Part shown: positions 57,501 through 64,000 of the stretch, piece after piece
Numbering within the stretch: position 1 is the first letter of the stretch
How the letters are laid out: each line of letters opens with the position of its first letter
Source: Anaeramoeba ignava BMAN
Taxonomy: Eukaryota > Protista > Anaeramoebae
Length of the DNA: 64,000 bases
Assembly (NCBI GenBank): GCA_028826165.1
Contig: JAPDFW010000086.1
Coordinates: 257,245-321,244 of the forward strand
Reading direction: 5' to 3'
Program-made: the position numbers and the translations under genes
Notes under the pieces: generated by a model
What the model saw: only the letters and a program-made list of their open reading frames with translations
Database searches by the model: none
What the model was told of the DNA's origin: nothing

Positions 57501-60500
57501 CTCATCTTGATCGGTATCTAAAACATTTTCATCAGGAATCATATCAATTCCTGTTGTTAATTTTTCTAAATCATTCTGTTTTTGTTGTTCGTATTCAGAA
57601 ATTCTTTTGTTTGTTTCAGAAATCAATCTCTCATCCCGTCTTACAGAGGCATGATAATAAGAACTGTATTTATAATTCCTTTTCATTTTCATTCTTCTTC
57701 TTAATGAATCCTCTGTTTTGTCAAGTTTCCAAAAAATTTCGTTCGATTCTTTATGTTTAAGTCCATTTCCCCAAGGCCCTCTTTCATTGGTTAAGTTTCT
57801 GAATATTTTGCGCCAATATGAAACAATAAATTTCTTGCGTTGTTGATATTTGATTTCTCTTTTGTTCCTCATTATTTCCTTTTCTCTTCGAACAAAATTA
57901 AAGAAAGTTTCTTGCAAATTGTTTTGAATAACGCTTATGTTATTTTTTTTGCCATTAATTTTTCTGTTAATTTTGATTCAAATTTCTTGTATTGATTTTG
58001 TATTTCTTCTTCATATCGATTTCTTCTTTCTTGAATATCTTCAGAAAATTGAATTCCTATTGAAGAAAGTTGATTTTTAATAGCAAATTCCCATTTTTTG
58101 GATCTGAAAATATCAATCAATTCTGTTGAATTATATGTGCTAAACTTAGTCAAATCAATATTTTTAGGAAGTAAATTTCCTCCATTTTGTAATTTTAAAA
58201 AAGATGCAAACATTTCATAAAAATTCCGAATTAATGTTTGTAAATGAACAGCAATTAATCTTTGTTTGTTAATTTTGGAATTTGCATTTTGATTTTGATT
58301 TTCTAATTGATTTTCATTTTCATTTTGATTTTCATTTTCATTTTCATCTAAAAATCTCAAAACTTTGAAAAGATAAGAAGTTGTAATAAAAATTAATTCT
58401 TTTCTTTCTTCCAGAATTTGTTTCTCAATTTTTGATCGAGTTCCATGAATATAAAATAATCTTTGTAGCATATCAAGATATTTCGAACAATTTTGAAACT
58501 CAGAAACTTCAATTTCGAAAAACAAAAATAGTAAAACAAACCTAAAAACTTGTTTCCCTTGTTCTTCATTTCGGAAAAATAATCCCGAATCAATAAACCC
58601 AAATTTATCCAAAAATAAAACTAAATTTTGAACCAATTTTTGATTAAGTTGAGTTGTTGGATCTACAAAAGATTGTTTTGGCTTTTTCTGTGAAAAATTT
58701 AAAGTCATGGCCTCTTTTTTGTTATCAAACAAAATAAAATATCCAATCAAAATGACTAAATCTCCAAGATTTGATTCAAATGCTCCTTTAATCTTCTTGA
58801 TTTTATCAAGAAATTTCGATTTAAATATCAATGAATATTCCTTTTTACTTTCTTTCAAATTAATTTTAGACATTTCATATTCAATAGATTCATCAATTCC
58901 TACTAACAATTCTTGATAGAAAATATGGATAAAAACGTTTTTTTGCTCAAATGCAAATTCTTGTTCATCCTTTTCCATAATTCCCAAAGTGTTTAAAATC
59001 TTTAAAATATCTAAAGCTACCATTTCTTGATTGATGAAAATAAATTTAAACACAAATTTGATAATAGATAAAAGTGTATTATTGATTTTTTGCTCAAAAT
59101 TATCATTTGAATTATCATTTGAATTATCTTTTGGATTATCATTTGAATTATCTAATGAAAATTCAGAAAAGTAAAATCCTTGTAAAATCCATTCTTGCCA
59201 ATAATTTTGACTTGCAAATATCTTTACATTCGCTTCATTTCCATTAAACAGAGAAAAAACTCGGTTCGCAATATTCAATCCAACTTGATTTGGATTTTTG
59301 CGAATTAAATAAAAAAGAGTTCTCAAAATCCAAGGTGTTTGAATTTTAATCATTTTTTGATTTTCCATGTTTTGTGAATATGGTAACTTGATCAAAAGTA
59401 AATTGAATAATTGATCAACTATTTTTTGTGTTGGCTGAAATCTTATAACAACATTATGAAACATTTCAAATCCATCAGGAGAATTAAGCCTTGATTTGTG
59501 GAGATCGATTTTCTGATAAATTTCTTGAGATTGATTTTTTTGCTCAATTTTATTATTTTTATTTTTGTTTTTGTTTTTGTTTTTGTTTTTGTTTGGAGTT
59601 GATATCAGTTGTTTTGGTTCCTTCTCATCTTTTTTTTTAATTAAAAGAAGGTATTTATGCAAATGATAAATAATTTCAAAGCATAAAATACGCACTTTTT
59701 CACTTGAATTGTTAAGTAGAAATATAAAGGGATCAAGAAAATTAATTTCAACCAAATCATCAATCAATATGGAAATATTTTTGGAAATTATCCTCAAGAT
59801 TTGTTGAAGAAGAGCAAAAACAATTTTATTATTTTGGATAATTTGGCATTTAGATAATAAAACTAATATATCTCCTTTATTATAATTCATATTCAATGAT
59901 AATTCAATTAATTGAAGAAACGATTGTCTTAACTTGCCAGTTTGCTCCTCATTTGGTTTTTTGCCGAGAATCTTTCCTGTATTCTTATGTATTTTTGTTT
60001 CCAGTTTGGCATGAACATTTTGTTCTTTTTCCGAATTATTCCAAAGATACAAGAAAATAATATCCAACAAATCTCTTATTCTGAGAAATATAATTGAATT
60101 TTTCTGGTTTGTATCCACTTTTGTTTTAAAAGAGATGATGAATTTCAATGTTTCAATTAATTTCAATTGGATTTCATAATCGCAATAAATCCAAAGATCA
60201 TAATCAAGAAGGAAAGTTATGAATCATGTCTTTTATCAAAATTGGGTTATTGATTTGCGTGATTATTTCTTGGATTGAAATAATCAGATTTTCTGTAATA
60301 TGCGAAGCATGTATATGCTGGTACAAATGACTCAAAATCATAAAGCCATGCGAACGAATCATTCCTTGTTGATTTGCAGGACTTTGAATCAAAACGTTTT
60401 TGATGATATTGAATATTTGATTGGAAATTTCTGGGTCTATTGAGTAATCAATAAGATTTTTATAATTTTCTTGTGTTTTAAAAATTTCTATGTTTTGTTG

Positions 60501-63500
60501 TGATCCAAGTGGTTGATCTGATTGAATTATTAATGGGAAAAGAACACTAATCCCGTTAGATCGATATATCACATCATGAATAATTGAGGTTGTTCCTTGA
60601 GAAACGTTAATAAATTGTGCCTTGACATTGTTTCTCTCATTTTTATCAATAAATTGGTCTTTATTTACAGCTTGGCTTCTGAGACTCATAAACAATTTAC
60701 TTTGAAGAGAACCATCGAGAAAATCTTCTTTAGAAACTATTTTGCTTGAATTAATTATCCATTCTGCTTCTGAAAAAGATAAAAAGTAATTGGGAGAAAG
60801 CGAGTATATTCCTTCTATTTGCGGCTTAGATAATTCTTCATTGAATAAATAAATAGAACTCATTTGTCCACAAAAACAATTTTTACCAAAAGGATCAGAT
60901 CCAATATGGTTGTATCTTAACCCTGAAAACGAGGGATATTTGATATTGTGAGAAGAATATGCAACTTTTCCGTTGATATAAATAACGAATTTGCCAAGTG
61001 AAGATGCTTTGTTTTTGTGTGTAAGTGCAATAAAGTACCATTTTCGGATCTGAAGTCTAATCTCCTTTTGTGCTTTTATTACGTTTTTGGATGGCAAATG
61101 GATTACAAAACTTAATTTAAACTGAACTTCAGATTTTTCATCTTCATTCGATCCATCATTGGTTGGATAAATAATATTGTTGAAAAACAGCTCAAATCCC
61201 TCCTTTTCTTTAGACATAAAACTAAATATTCTTGGCTTATAAATTTCATCCATTTGTGGATGCTTTGTTCTAAACAAATCACCAAGTCGAAACCAAGTTA
61301 CAAATGAATATCCCCTTTTGAAAATTGATTGTGGAACTGAAGAAAGTCTTAAAAATGAACTTTCTCCTGAAAAATTGAAAAAGGATCTCGGGAACTGCTC
61401 TGTTTTTTGCGTGATTTTGTTGATAATTGATAAAATCAGTGAACTTCTTGGTGGTCGGAAATTTCCTGGAAGACTTTTCAAATGAGAGAAAATTAGCTTC
61501 AATTCATTTGTTGTGATTCGAAGTGAGGAAATTATTTCAATTAATCGAATGATTTTCTCTTGTATTTCCATTGATTTTGGTGAGTCTGAAATTTTTGTAA
61601 TGAATTTAATCAAAAAAGAAATGAATCCTGAAGAAGAACAAGCTGAACGGTTCAAAATTGATTGTTCGCATATTTGGAAAAATATATCCAGAATTTGGCA
61701 AAAGATGTCTTGATTCGATTTGGAAAATAATTGCAATAAAAAAAGAGCAGAATCTTCATTTTCAATAAGAAAATTCTTATTGATATCAAATTTCCCATTA
61801 TTCACCATAATATCAAGAATAATTTCGCAAACTTCAGAATCAATCAAATCTTGATTTATTTGCATGATATATTTTCGAAGTTTTTTAAATCCAAATTGTT
61901 TTTTGAATGTTGCAATATTAACTGGACAATTCTTGAAAATAGCTAAAAGTAATAACAGAATATTTTTTATTAAAGATGAAAGTAAAAGAGGATCACCAAA
62001 TACTTGCTTCAAAAAATTATAAATTTCCATTTCCACAAACAATTTTTGAAGATTCAATCCATAGCTTGATATAATATCTGTAAGTAATTGTAATATTTCT
62101 CTTATTGAATTAATATTTTCTTTTACTTGCTCGTTTTTCTCAACTTGTACTTCAATTTTTTGTTGAATTTCCAAAATCTTTGTAAGAATTGCACATGATA
62201 AAACTTCAAATTTCTTGAAATTATTTTTGTTAACAAAAGAAAATAATTTGTGAATAAGTGTAAATGAGAAATCTTTTGTTTGGTTTTCATTAACCAAATT
62301 TAATAACGTTGCTACAGTTGAAGAATTATTAATAATATAATTATTAGAAAATTTATTCTGGAAAATTTCTGGTATCATGAAAACAAAACTAGAAAAAATT
62401 TGCAATGATAAATATCTTAATTTAATAAAGTCCCATAATTGATGTTTGTTTTCAAATTTTTCCTTTGAATTCTCCCAATTCTTTGTGTGTATTTGATGCA
62501 AATGAAACACCAAATCACAAAATTTTTCAAATGTTTTTGATTCCAAATTTTGGAGTGGTTTTAGATCTTTTTGTAGATCAAAAAACTCATAAATTGTTGA
62601 AAAAATATGATAAATTAAATTAATATTTGATTTGTTATTGTAAGCAATATTAATTAATTGAGTGATTTGATTTGGAGTGAAAGAAACTAGTTTATATGAA
62701 ACGGAAAAAGCAAAATAAAAGAGATAATTTCTTAAAATTTTAAAAGTTTGAGGAACATCTTCATATGATTTAAAATTCTAAAAAAATTTACAATTTTAAA
62801 TTAACAATTTTAAATTAAAAAATAATTTTGTTTTGTGTTTTGTTTTTTGTTTTTTTTTTTACCTCATTAAAATAAAAAAGAAAATATTTGTTGAATAAAT
62901 TTTTCCAAAAAAATTTGTTTGAGAAAATTGGATCTTTTGAAATTTCGAATAATATTTGAAAAAATTTTAGAATATATAATTGCAATCCGGGATTCTCCTT
63001 TAAAATATAATTTCTTGAATTTTCATTTTGAGATTTTTCATTAGAATCGTTATTAAAAATTTCCAAACAAATTTCTATAAGTTTTGTGTAAAGACAAGAT
63101 TTTGGTAAATTTGAAATTTTTTGATCAAATTTGATTTTTGATTGATTTTGAGGAGTAATTTCATTTTCAAGAGAAATTTTATCATTGTTTGATTTATTTA
63201 TAAATAATAATAAACTTGTTTTGCAAAGAGTAGTTAATTCTTCAAAAAATTCTTCCAATTTTGTATTTAAAATAATTGAACTAATTTCTGGTAAAGGAAA
63301 TTTCATTTCAATAATATTATATTTATTTTGAATTTGAGAAAAATCAATTAATGGAATTTCTTTTTTTTTCATTTCTTTTTTTTTAATTTCTTTTTCATTT
63401 TGAATTTGGATTTGATTTTGAATTTGATTTTTAATTTGATTTTGAATTTGAATTTGAATTTGATTTTGATTTTGATTTTGATTTTGATTTTGAATTTGAA

Positions 63501-63665
63501 TTTGATTTTGATTTTGAATTTGATTTTGATTTTGATTTTGATTTTGATTTTGATTTTCATTTTCATTTTGAATTTCATTTTTATTTTGGTTTTGATTTTG
63601 ATTTTGGTTATGAATTGATTGAAAAATAATTGAATCAAATGGAACAGGTTCAGGTAATTCAGTGA
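54515..63665 (-). CDS. Neurobeachin/LRBA-like BEACH-domain protein (ConA-like, DUF4704-like, PH, BEACH, WD40); 5' end outside window; two single-base frameshifts
   Basis: [82 protein letters not shown] and WD40 repeats. Introns 56542-56257, 62862-62778 and one ending at 63666. Frameshifts at ~57945 (T8 run) and ~60214. Confidence 0.9.
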
Positions 63666-64000
63666 CTAAAATAAATTAAAATTAAATTAAAATTAAATTA
63701 AAATTAAATTAAATTAAAATTAAATTAAAATTAAATTAAAATTAAATTAAATTAAAATAAAAATTAAAATAAAATTAAAATAAAATTAAATAAAATTAAA
63801 TTAAAATTAAATTAAATTAAATTAAAATTAAAATTAAATTAAATTAAATTAAAATTAAATTAAAAATTAAATTAATTTAAAATTAAAATTAAAAAATTAA
63901 ATTAAAATTAAATTAAAATTAAATTAAAATTAAATTAAATTAAATTAAATTTAAATTTAAATTAAATAAATTAAAATTTAAAAAAAATTAAATTAAATTA
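63666..64000 (-). repeat. BEACH-gene intron (continues beyond window) filled with AAATT/AAAATT repeats
   Basis: TTTTAG acceptor at 63667-63666, followed by an exon in frame with the ORF at 63372. Confidence 0.75.

Noticed and set aside
57935-60215. Programmed ribosomal frameshifting or split genes in the BEACH locus
   Set aside because: Single-base indels in homopolymer runs with no evident stimulatory structure. Sequencing error is more parsimonious.
4666-61713. Numerous 60-140-aa ORFs overlapping larger genes on other frames or strands
   Set aside because: Shadow ORFs of biased-codon genes with no independent motifs.
1-64000. Inteins/Hint domains, tRNA, rRNA or snRNA genes
   Set aside because: No intein-like insertions in the reconstructed proteins and no GC-rich structured RNA-like segments recognisable by eye. 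A covariance-model search would be needed to exclude small RNAs.

Overview
Eukaryotic, extremely AT-rich genomic DNA with the standard genetic code and GT-AG spliceosomal introns. The gene-family style (ankyrin-BTB, RCC1-BTB and BTB-TLDc expansions, NQ/NE low-complexity tracts, an OsmC with an organellar-type presequence, TCATTTT initiator-like motifs) suggests an anaerobic protist such as an Anaeramoeba-like metamonad. That assignment is inference and is not verified. Housekeeping-type genes reconstructed by hand across introns: OsmC (runs off the left edge), a cathepsin L-like protease, Rpn10/PSMD4, a 3xRRM hnRNP Q/R-like protein and a neurobeachin/LRBA-like BEACH protein (runs off the right edge). 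Accessory genes: a P-loop NTPase + restriction-endonuclease-fold protein (Crinkler/RHS-like), a bacterial-like M20/M28 peptidase with a degenerate N-terminal duplicate domain, an F-box/TMEM185-like fusion, 2 ankyrin-BTB genes, a tandem array of 4 RCC1-BTB genes plus 1 truncated copy, and 3 dispersed BTB-TLDc cassettes. Best candidate for an undescribed system: a modular, diversifying repertoire of putative ubiquitin-ligase adaptors. Its TLDc and RCC1 domains show hypervariable segments inside near-identical frameworks, and the TLDc genes travel with a conserved 3' flank and a ~161-bp satellite. Long introns are each filled by their own private simple repeat, and there is a ~6-kb array of an ~85-bp satellite with a variable triplet. 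Several frameshifts sit in homopolymers, including in the conserved BEACH gene, so they may be assembly errors.
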